A stretch of 64,000 nucleotides of DNA from Octopus sinensis (GCF_006345805.1 NC_043015.1:53382001-53446000), one strand, 5' to 3'; counted from the first letter of the stretch, positions 10,423 through 22,038 are shown. The notes: a model not told the origin generated them from the sequence alone. Program-made: numbers and translations.

Positions 10423-12183
10423 CTAACTGTGAGAACTGCGGCCGCCTACTACATTATACTCCTCATTATCAATATTAATTAACGGACTATCCCCTGTGTA
10501 TTCACTATCACTGAGAACGCTGTGATTGCTAGTATCCATGGACCTACTATTGTCGGAAACGTTGTTAAAGTTGCTATTAGAACTCTCTACATTAATGGCC
10601 CGAACTGCGCTCACCTCCCTATTACCATTACTAACGTTATTAACATCACCATTTCTTCTATCGTTAATCCTATTATTTACTCCCTGGTTGGTACTGAGAT
10701 TACCAGTCACTGTACTGGCTCTTTTATCATTATTACTACTATTATTATTCCTAATGCGCGTTAAACTGGAATTAGACGGAGCTGCGCCTCCGGACAAAGG
10801 TGATAGGATCTTAATAAGCAGCCTATTATTATGGGAGGCGATTATCTGGGAAAGGTTTTTTGTGTTGGAGAAAGCTATCCTAACTTTATGTGAATTAACC
10901 GTGGAGTAATATTTGGAATTTCTGGGAAAGTTACTGGCAATGGCCTGGCGAAACAGGAGGGGAAGATTAGTTCTAATCTGCTTACCAAAGGGAATTACAA
11001 ACCAGATATGTTTATTCCTATTTTTGTGATGGGTCGGGGAGCCAGCTCTGACATTAGGGTGGGTGATTCTAGGTTGAATAAAGGGTTTTGGTTTAGTATG
11101 ACCTCCCCCGGACCGTAAATTATCTATGTTCCCTAAATTAAATCCAGAAGTACCTGCTCCAACACTCCCCCCGCTCCCATCACTACTTAAATTATTTATG
11201 TTATTATAGACGGCCCTATCCTGATGACCAAATGGTGGCATCGGAAGGGCTGGATCAATATATACTACCTTCTGCCTATAACCGGCTTTGGATAGTGCGG
11301 CGTTATAAAATTCCGCTTTCTGCATAAAAATGTCGACACTAGCGGACAAATTAGACAATCTTAGAGAGATGTTTTTAACCAAATAGTCTGTTACAGTTTT
11401 GGCATGATTGGAGAAGACACTGACATACTTTAAATTAGTGGAAGGCTTATGGTAAGGGCAGTATGAATCGCTATGGAGGTTTAGTGTGACGTCTAGGAAA
11501 TTAGCCTTAGTGAGTTCATTATCAAAAACTATATTCATGCCCATTCTATTAAAGAACTTAGCTAACCTATCTTTAGTTTTCTGTACGATTCTGTTCGTGG
11601 TGTTTTGCAGGTAAAACAGACAATCGTCACGATACAGGCCGCCCGCGATGTCCGGGAATTGGTCGGATAATTCGTAGAGAATATAGATTCCGACCGAATC
11701 TGCTATCTGCGCGCTATCCGAACTACCCATAGGCACATTGAATTCGTTGGGAGTATCTTTACGAATCCACAACTTATTTTCAAACTTTATAAATGATTTT
11801 CTGGCAACTAAAATAATATCAATTTCTTCTCTAGTGAGGCCTTCCTTGTTGTGAGCATGCCACAGGGCCTTATTTAGTACACTAGGGTTAATCGAGGGGT
11901 AGAAGCTAGCAATATCAAACTGAATAAACCTAGTACGGTTCTTATTAGGGATGGAAGAGAACCACTTCACGACCTGCGAGGAGTTAGCCCAGAGGCTAAG
12001 CTTCAGCTTATTTACTAAACTAGGGATATATTTATCTAAAATATACTTACTGATGGTCCCGATATCGGAACTAGCAGGGCATATGAGCCTTAACGCTGGG
12101 TTGGTGTAGAAATTCGGTTTGTGGTCCTTTATATATATATATAAAGTTAATCCAGACATGAAAACACAACAACGCGAGGACAT
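10423..12183 (-). CDS. Penelope-like reverse transcriptase (586 aa; first ~18 aa come from the neighbouring repeat and (TA)n)
   Basis: KDHKPNF..P..RLI, FIQFDIASFYPSI, PMGSSDSAQ, GLYRDD, NFLDVTL, HIWF..PF; uninterrupted frame. Confidence 0.9.
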   Translation of the reverse strand: MSSRCCVFMSGLTLYIYIKDHKPNFYTNPALRLICPASSDIGTISKYILDKYIPSLVNKLKLSLWANSSQVVKWFSSIPNKNRTRFIQFDIASFYPSINPSVLNKALWHAHNKEGLTREEIDIILVARKSFIKFENKLWIRKDTPNEFNVPMGSSDSAQIADSVGIYILYELSDQFPDIAGGLYRDDCLFYLQNTTNRIVQKTKDRLAKFFNRMGMNIVFDNELTKANFLDVTLNLHSDSYCPYHKPSTNLKYVSVFSNHAKTVTDYLVKNISLRLSNLSASVDIFMQKAEFYNAALSKAGYRQKVVYIDPALPMPPFGHQDRAVYNNINNLSSDGSGGSVGAGTSGFNLGNIDNLRSGGGHTKPKPFIQPRITHPNVRAGSPTHHKNRNKHIWFVIPFGKQIRTNLPLLFRQAIASNFPRNSKYYSTVNSHKVRIAFSNTKNLSQIIASHNNRLLIKILSPLSGGAAPSNSSLTRIRNNNSSNNDKRASTVTGNLSTNQGVNNRINDRRNGDVNNVSNGNREVSAVRAINVESSNSNFNNVSDNSRSMDTSNHSVLSDSEYTGDSPLINIDNEEYNVVGGRSSHS

Positions 12184-12420
12184 GGAACAAGTATAGTGTT
12201 ATTGGACGCTCAAGAAAGGAAAGGAAAGGAGCTTTTCGTCAGAAACATAGAAAAAGAAACGATGCAAGGAAGGGAAGACGGAGGAAAAAAATCAAAGTGT
12301 AGTACAACGGTCGAGATTAGTTTACTGAGTCCCGTAGGATTCCACTTACGTTTGTATTTACAGGTAGAGGAGTGGTTGGTCAGGCGCGGTCTCAAGCACC
12401 TGGCGAAAAAATCATAAACG
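12144..12420 (-). mobile_element. Internally deleted PLE 3' fragment (family B): EN remnant, half hammerhead and tail
   Basis: Encodes RLTNHSSTCKYKRKWNPTGLSKLI (cf. EN TGLSKLI); then CUGACGA-AAAGCUCC; tail homologous to 55915-56106 and 9061-9111. Confidence 0.7.
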
Positions 12421-12750
12421 CGACAATGAATAACTTTTATTTTGTTTTATTTTAATTCATTCCCCTGTAAAATTTGAAGACCCTTTTTTGACTTGTATAT
12501 AAATGAACTGTATCACATCAATTTCATCTCATTTGTATAACACGTAAATACATACAAATGTGTGCATACTCACACACATGCACACGCACGCACACACACA
12601 CACATGTACTGGTCCGTTATTGGCGGTATCAACAAAAATGTAGTCCCTCTAACGTGAGATGAATATCATTTAATGGCACAGGATTTAAATATGAGGTATC
12701 ATAAGCTTGTATAGAGCGCGGCGTACTATCCTGCAATATATATATTCATG

Positions 12751-12792
<42 letters not shown>

Positions 12793-13071
12793 CACTCACA
12801 AACTTCTATTACGCTATATTTAAATCATGTGCTATTAAGTGATAATTTTTTCTCGTTGGGTGAACTACAAACTGAGACTGTGCCCCAGTATGACAGTAGT
12901 CCAATGACTATATATCACGTGACCACATATATGTGTATATATGTGTGTCTGTATCAGTGGCCTATACAAAAGCGATGAAGGAAATGCAGCACAACACATT
13001 TATATACAGGTAAAAAACGTTCTTCAAATTTTAAAGGTGAATGAAAAGGAATAAATTCAAATGTCGTCGTT

Positions 13072-13138
<67 letters not shown>

Positions 13139-13599
13139 CTGTGTGTATGTATTTATGTCATACATATTCATCCAGTATTTCACGGACAGAAGCCTTTATA
13201 ACGTGGAAACAGTGCCTCAGCATGGCCGTAGTTCAATGACTAAAATTTCTAAAAGAAGGAAATTCTATATATAGTGGCTTGTGTTTGTGTGAATATCATC
13301 AAGTTTTAAAAAGTAGGAGATTAATGTTTATGAATAATTCAAGAATATGTTGAAGACGAAAGGAGAAAAAATGGTAAAAATGAACAAAAAATGAATTATA
13401 TTGGCAATAATACCCTGGCATTTAATTCTATATTTATGGCATGGAGATATTAAACTTGGATTAAACTGTCTTCTAATTTAAGATCGAACGGATAGAAAGT
13501 AGGATTTTCCAACAACCGACCAAAAATATTTATGTCTAAATGTTACAAGAGAGAGGAAAAATATATTTATAGTGTGCAGTGATAATTATAGACAAAACA

Positions 13600-13695
13600 T
13601 AGGTAGAATGGTTGTGTGTTAGTAAGCTTGCTTGCAAACCATATTGTTTCGAATTCGGATCCACTGCATGTCACCTTCGACAAGACAGTTCTATA
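13600..13695 (+). mobile_element. SINE family 1, decayed 5' part
   Basis: ggttgtgtgttagtaagcttgcttgcaaaccatattgtttcgaattc resembles the family 1 head. Confidence 0.5.
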
Positions 13696-13699
13696 TTTG

Positions 13700-13845
13700 G
13701 GAGATGAGGAATTATTTACATTATTTACATTTGACGGATATTTCACCTCATCTTGTTTCTTGTTAACACAACGTTTCGGCCGTCGTTAGGTGTCTTGGGG
13801 AAATTTCAAACCTGGATTCTCATTCCTGAGATACTTTTGGATGTT
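13700..13845 (-). mobile_element. PLE-like tail remnant with a partly deleted hammerhead (CGAAACGUU half only)
   Basis: acaacgtttcggc at about 13769; abuts (ATT)n; no CUGANGA left. Confidence 0.35.
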
Positions 13846-13869
13846 ATTATTATTATTATTATTATTATT

Positions 13870-14104
13870 CAGTAGTTTTATTTTTATAGCGTGCTTTCAC
13901 TTCACTACCGAGCGCAGCTCTGTGTGCCTTGGGTATGTGCTGTGATTTGTTGTGATGCTCTGATGGTTATTGTATGGAAAGTGTTCTGCGTAGGATGTGT
14001 GCAGTGCCTAGTAGTGCAATTTTCTGTATGTTATATGTGTTTGTAAGTCCTGGTGTTTTTGTTATGTATTTGTCTGAATATTTTTTTATCATGCCTAATG
14101 CACT
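13870..14104 (-). mobile_element. RLE non-LTR retrotransposon (R4/Dong-like), extreme 3' fragment
   Basis: Translates ALGMIKK...IQKIALLGTAHILRRTL*; flanked on both sides by (ATT)n. Confidence 0.75.
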
Positions 14105-14149
14105 ATTATTATTATTATTTATTATTATTATATTATTATATTATTATTA

Positions 14150-14230
<81 letters not shown>

Positions 14231-15322
14231 TTTCCTTCTTCTTCAAATTTTCTTCCGTTTCTCGCCGAGTGTTTTCCGTACACCTAGGGCAGAGAAGCCC
14301 ATTGTATACTTTCCCAGATTACACACGCAAATTCATAGGTAAAATATGTATTTAAAAAATTAATGAATAAATAAATTCATGAGTATATGTTGTTTTCACA
14401 GCGATAATGCTCTTCTCAGTACATGAATCGTTCCAGTTAACACGATTTTTTGCACTTCCTATAGGGATGGTAAGCCTGGTATAATTTTCAAATAGGTTTC
14501 AGTACCTTTTTTTATTATTCCTAGAGATCCTACAATCACTGGTACTATAGTCGCCTTGAGATGCCACATTTTTTCAATTTCTATTAGCAAGACTTTATAT
14601 TTACTAATCTTGTCAAATTCTTTCGCCGCTATATTGTGATCGCAAGGAATACTCATGTCAATTAATAAACACATCCCTTTTGTCTGATCTTTTATGATAA
14701 TATCCGGTTTATTAGCTTTTATAGTTTTGTCGGTATGTACGGGAAAGTCCCATAGAATCGACACATTTTCTTCTTCAGTCACAGCTTCAGGATAGTGTTT
14801 ATACCATTTGCCAGCGGTTTTGATTTTATAATGCCGACATATTGTCCAGTGTAAATACTGGCCGACTCTGTCGTATCTTGCTTTATATTCTACAGGTGCT
14901 AAGACTCTACACCCTGAGATTAGGTGGTCTATTGTTTCAATCTCATCGTTACAGAATCGGCATTTTGGGTCAGCTCCATTTTTTATAACATTGGCTTGGT
15001 AGTTCAGGGTTAATAAACATTGGTCTTGAGCAGCTAATATGAAACCTTCACTCTTCGCTTTTAGCCCTGAGCTTCGTAACCATTAGTGCGTGTGTTTCTG
15101 GTCGACATCAGCTTGCTTGTTACGGGCCACATACTTGTCATGCAGAGGATTCTGTTCCCATCTGCTTGATAATTTTTCATGCGCTTTTGTCTTTGCAATC
15201 AATTTTATTTTCTGCGCAGCAGCAGTTGGCGCATTTCCTTCAGCCTGATCAATCTGGTAGGTATCTAAGAGATCAGTAGTGAATTTTTTGCTCTCTTTCA
15301 TGGAACCTGAATTAGGTAGCAA
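14231..15322 (-). mobile_element. RLE non-LTR retrotransposon (R4/Dong-like), 3' 1.1 kb with CCHC knuckle and restriction-like endonuclease
   Basis: WLRSSGLK..EGFILAAQDQ, CRFC..EIETIDHLISGC, WDFPVHTD..ANKPDIII..LIDMSIP..KISKY; one in-frame TAA at 15083. Confidence 0.85.
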
Positions 15323-15512
15323 TCAGCCCCTTTTGCTATCATTCCCAGGGCACCTATGACGACAGGTACTGTTTTAGTCTTCAGGTTCCACATTTTGCCG
15401 ATTTCTATTTCAAGATCTTTATATTTCCTCAGTTTTTGGTAGGTCTTGACAGATACGTTTATATCAATTGGGACAGTCATACCAATGAAGAGGCATGTGT
15501 TTTGTCTGAAGT
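15323..15512 (-). mobile_element. Third RLE fragment
   Basis: TCLFIGMTVPIDINVSVKTYQKLRKYKDLEIEIGKMW..VPVVIGALG; starts at (ATT)n. Confidence 0.75.
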
Positions 15513-15639
15513 TTATTATTATTATTATTATTATTATTATCATTATTATTATTATTATTATTATTCAGGATTTACCTATTGAATGATGTACAGTTTAATT
15601 ATTCATCTTACACTCTCCTGTGTGTTCCGTATCATTCGA

Positions 15640-15780
15640 TGTGGTCAGCCAGACCTATAGAATAAGTGCTAGACTTATAAAACTATAGATAAATACAAGG
15701 TCGGTGAGTTCAACAAATCCTCCGAAGGAGATGCCCCAGCCTGGCCGCAGCCCAATGTCAGAAACATGTTAAAGGTAAAA
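15640..15780 (+). mobile_element. SINE family 1-like 3' tail, decayed
   Basis: tagaataagtgctagactt...gatgccccagcctggccgcag...gaaacatg. Confidence 0.5.
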
Positions 15781-16264
15781 GGTATGGAAAATTATTGATT
15801 TGAAATAAATAATAAAATAACTTAACAAAATAAATTAAAAGAAAACTGAGGTTACACGAAGCAGCGGAAATAACAAATATAGACTTGCTGGCTGCCATTT
15901 TGTGTGGAGTCATGAGTTCGATAAGTGTTGACTGTTTCTCGACTAGTTTGGTTTCGCTTTTTGATATTTTGAAACAGCCAAAGGAATATTGTTCAACAGA
16001 CTCAAAGAAAACTTATTCTTCGTTCAAGCGCATGTCTTCTACTTCAGAGAAGCACTTCTATCAAGTGTTCACCGAGGCTTATTATGGTATGTCACATTCT
16101 ATTTGTTTTCGGGTCTGTTTTGTTACTGTCTTCGTTATTATTTTATAATTTTTGTTGTTGTTGTTATTCTGTATTGATCTGCATCAGATATGTCATCGAT
16201 CTCATGGCGACAATACATGCTAGTGCCGGCAACAGTAATCGAAATGTTTAAAAAAATTAGTCAC

Positions 16265-16580
16265 GATGGTGTTATTGATGATAATGATGATGATGCTGCT
16301 GTTATTGATGATGATGACGATGACGACGATGATGATGATGACGACAACGATGATGGTGGTGACGATGAGTGAGGAATGATGATTATGATGGTGGCTGCTG
16401 CTTCTACTGTTGTTGCTGACGATGATGATGACTGTGGTGATGAAGAGGAAGATTGTGAGAATGAGGAGGAAGGGGAGGAAAATGTGGAATCATGGCGAAG
16501 TTCTGAATGACGATGGCACACGTGAAAAATGATGACGACAGAAAATGATAATATTAATGATAATAGTAATAATAATAATA

Positions 16581-16616
<36 letters not shown>

Positions 16617-17013
16617 TGATGATTATGATGATGATGATGAAGGAGAAGAAGAAGGGGAAGGTGAAGAAGAAGAAGGAGAAGAAGAAGGAGATGACAGAAG
16701 AAGAAGAAGAAGAAAAAGAAGAAGAAGAAGAAGAAGAAGAAGAAAAGAAGAAGAAGAAGAAGAAGAAGAAGAAGAAGAAGAAGAAGAAGAAGATCAACAA
16801 CAATGACAACAGCATCAACAACGATGGTGATGTTGCTGATAAGGTCGATGAGCATGATCATGAATTATATCGATGAATATCGTAGTTAATATGGTGGTTT
16901 CCATGTTGGTGCTTACGATGATGCCGACGACGACGATGATGATAAAATAATAATAATAATGATAATAATAATAATAATGATAATAATAATAATAATATAA
17001 TAATAATAATATG

Positions 17014-17062
<49 letters not shown>

Positions 17063-17120
17063 TAATAATAATAATAACAATAATAATAATAATATAATAA
17101 TGATAATAATAATAATAATG

Positions 17121-17166
<46 letters not shown>

Positions 17167-17174
17167 TAATAATG

Positions 17175-17231
<57 letters not shown>

Positions 17232-17345
17232 GCAATCATAATAATTATAACGGTGTCAATCGTCGTGAGTGATGGTGACGATGATAGTTATGTTGATGTT
17301 GATGAGGATGATGATTGTGATGGCGATGACGATGACAACGACGGT
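16265..17345. repeat. About 1.1-kb compound trinucleotide array (GAT/AAT/GAA)
   Basis: Directly visible. Confidence 0.9.
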
Positions 17346-17909
17346 GCTGTTGATGACAAGATATTTCTGCCTGCTGAATATGTAAGCAAGGCTCATTTGA
17401 TGTAATAAATCACAGAAGACGAACGCCGTTCCGTTCTTTGAATGGTTCCTGAACTCATCCCTATCGAGGCAAATGAAACATTTGTCACCGTTTCGAACGA
17501 ATACGCTGTTTTTTAAATTCTTTTTTTTTTTTTTATTTTACTTGGAAGAAATTCTTCAATAGAGGAAAACAAAAGAGGTGGGTTTTATTGCGAGGTCAAA
17601 CGGAAACAAGCGTCCATTTTTCTTTCTGTCATCATGATTAAACGAAATTAAAAAAAAAAATTAAAAAGACAAAATGGTAAGGCGGAATGACAACATTAGA
17701 CATAGTATACAAATTTTTCTCTGTCAGTTTACTGTAACAGTCACTGGAGTGTGATCATCTTGCAGCAAGCTCTTAAATGGGTTGTTTTGCTGGATTATAT
17801 CATCAGCAGGCAACAATATTTTTGTGTTATACAGAACTTATTTTATTGATGCCGACGAATTCGGTCGTCAAAGAGCAACGATTCAATTCCTATGAATGCA
17901 TATATTAAT

Positions 17910-17971
<62 letters not shown>

Positions 17972-18256
17972 GTGTGTGTATGTGTGTGTGTATCTCCTCT
18001 GAAATTATATTAATTATATATATATAGGTACATAAATTTTCCCAAAAGTTAAACATAAAAGTACATATACACACGTCTAGACATGTAACTCTATGCATGG
18101 CTACATGTAGATGAATATGAAACAAAACCTTTAGACCAGTTCATGTATATTTTGAATTCGTTGGCACTGGTCATTGGATATAGTTTGTCTGATATTACTT
18201 GAATCAGATAGGTATGTTTAATTTTTTCAGTTCTCTCAAATTCAAAAGCTTGAATT

Positions 18257-18339
18257 CTTGTGCTGATGAAGATAATGACGGGATGAAAATTTGAATTTTG
18301 TATTTTCGTATCTATCTAACTCAGAAACGCGTCCACAGG
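18257..18339 (+). ncRNA. Hammerhead motif, family F
   Basis: CUUGUG-CUGAUGA...GAAAC-GC-GUC|CACAGG; 6-bp stem I, palindromic ACGCGU stem III; stem II 5' arm looks partly deleted. Confidence 0.6.
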
Positions 18340-18644
18340 CAATCAAATACTGAGTGAATTTTCGTTGTTTTTCCTCTATGCCTACGTAGCTGGTTTTGAG
18401 GATATGTTTGTCTGGCAGTTGCTTCTTATAGTAGAAGAAATAGCTAAGATTTTGAGCTGCTATTTCTAAAGTTCGGTATGTGGTTAAGTAAATCTTTTCC
18501 TGAACCCTCATTATAATTATACTCATAATTATAAAAAGATATTGTTTAAGTTTACCGATAATGTTTGAATTATTAATTACTAATTAATTTTACTGTTAAT
18601 GATGAAATTATTAATTACTAATTAATTAATTTTACCCTTTATTG

Positions 18645-18648
<4 letters not shown>
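18340..18648 (+). mobile_element. PLE 3' tail, family F, ending on (TA)n
   Basis: Homologous to 6985-7170 (inverted) and 37345-37512. Confidence 0.6.
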
Positions 18649-18699
<51 letters not shown>

Positions 18700-18719
18700 T
18701 ATGTGAAAATTAATTGGTT

Positions 18720-18790
18720 GTCATTATAAAACTCAGAGTTTCAGATACCGGGGCTGAAGTCTGCTCCGGCATCTCATCAGTTATTAAGAC
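18720..18790 (-). ncRNA. Hammerhead motif, GAUGCCGG family
   Basis: GUCUUAAUAA-CUGAUGA-GAUGCCGG..CCGGUAUC-U-GAAA-CUC-U-GAGUU|UUAUAAUGAC. Confidence 0.65.
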
Positions 18791-19096
18791 AAAACTTTCC
18801 TTTTTTAAGTAATAGAATATATATAAATCGATAAAAGATTTTAAAGCATATGAGAGGCTTGTACGTGGAGATAATATAAAAAGCAGGTTCTACGTGTTAT
18901 CTTTAGGGGCGGGGGCAAAAACGTAGCAAATGTTTTGCCATATGTGAACATGGCAAAGAGTTCAGTTCTTGAATTTAGACACGCAGCGGCGTCTAAATTT
19001 ATAGATAAATTCCTCTATTTTACATGATATCGAGGTCTCGTTCATTCTTTTGTTGTCACATTATTAATATATATATAATATATATACATACATACT

Positions 19097-19157
<61 letters not shown>

Positions 19158-19652
19158 TATAAATTCAAATATAATAAAGGATAAAATCGGTAAAAGTTTT
19201 ATCAGTGTCCTGCATATAAAATAGACCTATTTAGGTAATTCATATATAGAGATTTATAATAGCATAAACACAATTGTTATTGAGGTGCACTACGGAATTT
19301 GATGCATATATATTTGTGGTATTTGTTTGTAATCGCAGCTTTGCGTTTGCTTTTTTGTGGGTATGTATTATACTCTCATTTTTTTCGCTCAGTATACTTT
19401 GCGGATGAAGGAAGAGTCATCAAACCAATCCAGAAATGGATTAATTCGAACCTATCTGAATTATTTTACGAATTTCTGTCAGTCTGCTTCCTCGCTTTCA
19501 TCTTATGTGTATAAAAGGATGGTTTAGAATGATTGGACGATTTAGCGTCTATTTTCAGCGTATAGGCATGGTCTGCGCTGTTTCCTTATTTATAATTGTA
19601 TTTTATGCTATTACAGAACTCTGTCTCCTCTCTCTCTCTCTGTACACACACA

Positions 19653-19711
<59 letters not shown>

Positions 19712-19879
19712 TTCTAATCTATGGAAAAATCTTATTCAAATATTTTATCCGTGTGCAGCATATGAAAAATACATATTAAGGTAAAAATTATACAAATATA
19801 AATAAGGGCAAAAGGAAAAAATTTCTTTGTCGCTGCGGTACAAACAGAGGCTAAATCATCTAACAACATAAAATATTTT

Positions 19880-19941
<62 letters not shown>

Positions 19942-19989
19942 TGTGCTTGTGTGTGTACATATGTAAAATGTATTTATGTTAAAGTTTGG

Positions 19990-20166
19990 AACAAGGTTAG
20001 TAATTTCGCATTTTGGGCCTAAGTCGATTACATTGACTTCAGTACGCAACTGGTACTTAACGATCCGAAAGTCGATCTCGCCGGAATTTGAACTCAGAAG
20101 GTAAAGATGGACGAAACCGCTGAGCACTTCGATTTGAGTGCTAACGATTGTACCAGCTTGTCGCCT
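19990..20166 (+). mobile_element. Interspersed repeat family 3
   Basis: agtcgattacattgac...ggaatttgaactcagaa...gtgctaacgatt; similar to 49545. Confidence 0.7.
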
Positions 20167-20179
20167 GACCTATACTGTC

Positions 20180-20596
20180 TTACTCTTTTACTCTTTTACT
20201 TGTTTCAGTCATTTGACTGCGGCATGCTGGAGCACACCGCCTTTAGTCGAGCAAATCGACCCCGGGACTTATTCTTTGTAAGCTCAGTACTTTATCTTAT
20301 CGGTCTCTTTTGCCGAACCGCTAAGTGACGGGAACGTAAACACACCAGCATCGGTTGTCAAGCAATGCTAGGGGGTCAAACACAGACACACAAGCATATA
20401 CACACACACTTATATATATATATACATATATACGACAGGCTTCTTTCAGTTTCTGTCTACCAAATCCACTCACAAGGCATTGGTCGGTCCGGGGCTATAG
20501 CAGAAGACACTTGCCCAAGATGCCACGCACTGGGGCTGAACCCGGAACCATGTGGTTGGTTAGCAAGCTACTTACCACACAGCCACTCCTGCGCCT
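20180..20596 (-). mobile_element. Full-length tRNA-derived SINE family 1
   Basis: Head ggcgcaggagtggctgtgtggtaag / ggttcagccc; internal microsatellite; tail with (agtaaaag)n. Confidence 0.85.
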
Positions 20597-21196
20597 GTGG
20601 AATAAATTAAAATGAAATATCCAGCGGTTTGCCCTCTTTGTACTGTAACCAAATCAGTCAGAAAAACCAGATTATTGTATCCTTAGGAACGTGGTGATTA
20701 TTAGTTTGTTAGAACCCCTCGTATTCCTCCATGCATCACCAAGTTTGCACTTACCAATTACAGCGTGACTACCTTTTACAGCTGCAATAATATTTTATTC
20801 CTCTTACAAACCTATAACTTAATTTTCATAATGGCCTTAATTTCGTAGTTATTAAATAATTAAAATTGCACCTACAGAGCATAGAATCAAAGAAGATCGG
20901 TGATAGCGCAATAAATGCATATGTTTAAAACATATGCACCTTTAAAGCGTATTGCAACAGGATGTAGCAATATACATTTATGGAATTTGGACCAGTAGAA
21001 AGGACATTTTGTTTCAATAATCATGCTGTGTTTCTAGAGAAATATGAGTAATTTCTGCTTTAAATTTCTTTTGCAAATGGCTTTAAACATTTTTATGAAA
21101 CTGGTGTACTGTAATATGTTTGCATGTCAGGTGTGTTTCTACAATGCTTGTTATGTGTATAGCGTATATGAATGCATGAATGCAAATTTATAAGAC

Positions 21197-21265
<69 letters not shown>

Positions 21266-21272
21266 TTATCTA

Positions 21273-21305
<33 letters not shown>

Positions 21306-21759
21306 ATACATACACACACATATATATATGTACATATATATACATTCATATGTATATACATATATATGTACATACACATATACATACGCACAGACATATT
21401 ACGTTGTGACAAGACATAGCTCCGGCCAGTCAGTAGCCAAAAAACAAATTTCAACTCAAGCCAGCAGTAACTTACCTTGTTTTTAGTCCCAGAACCCTTG
21501 AATTATACTATTCTACTATTTTACTATCATCGGTGTATAAATTTACACAATTTTTTATATACAACCTGGAGAAACAGATATAATCTAAAACTAAACCCAA
21601 GACTAGTTCTAAAACTAGTCCCGTGAGTACAATTATTTTCTCTTGATTTGTATTAAACGCACCGCTCATTCTGATTTGTACTAGATACACTGAACTCTCC
21701 AACACACACCCACATATAACCATGCATTTCCGAACATATCGGCAGAAACTTTTCAACGG

Positions 21760-22038
21760 TGCATTCACTATTATACATCAAGTCATCAATAACTGACGTA
21801 CAGATCTGTAAAACATCGAAAACAAAATAACGGAAATCACAAGATCATTTCATAATTTACACGCGCACATGGCAAAGCTAGAAGCCATACTTCTCAATGG
21901 ATATAGTGCACCAACTGATCCAATGCCAACAAGTCAGGGGTCACTTCAACAAACAACATCCTCACTGATATCGCTATCTGATCTAAATCCACCCAACATT
22001 ACCGTGGGAAGCCAGCATTCACTATCCCAACAACAGCC
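21760..22038 (+). pseudogene. Possible APE-endonuclease remnant of an I/Jockey-like LINE, cut by a SINE
   Basis: FHNLHAH...LLNG..PT..P....QTTSS.ISLS..L resembles the APE GDFNAH..LN..PT..PD pattern; weak. Confidence 0.35.

Larger units (their letters stand above)
9203..12130 (-). mobile_element. 5'-truncated Penelope-like retroelement (RT + C-terminal GIY-YIG, probably Hydra-type)
   Basis: RT and EN in one frame, about 770-nt 3' UTR with a hammerhead, both ends abut (TA)n. Confidence 0.85.

Noticed and set aside
18242-18526. 94-aa ORF MSIIIMRVQ.., first considered a PLE N-terminus
   Set aside because: It is the antisense shadow of the plus-strand hammerhead and family F tail; the frame is not kept in other copies.
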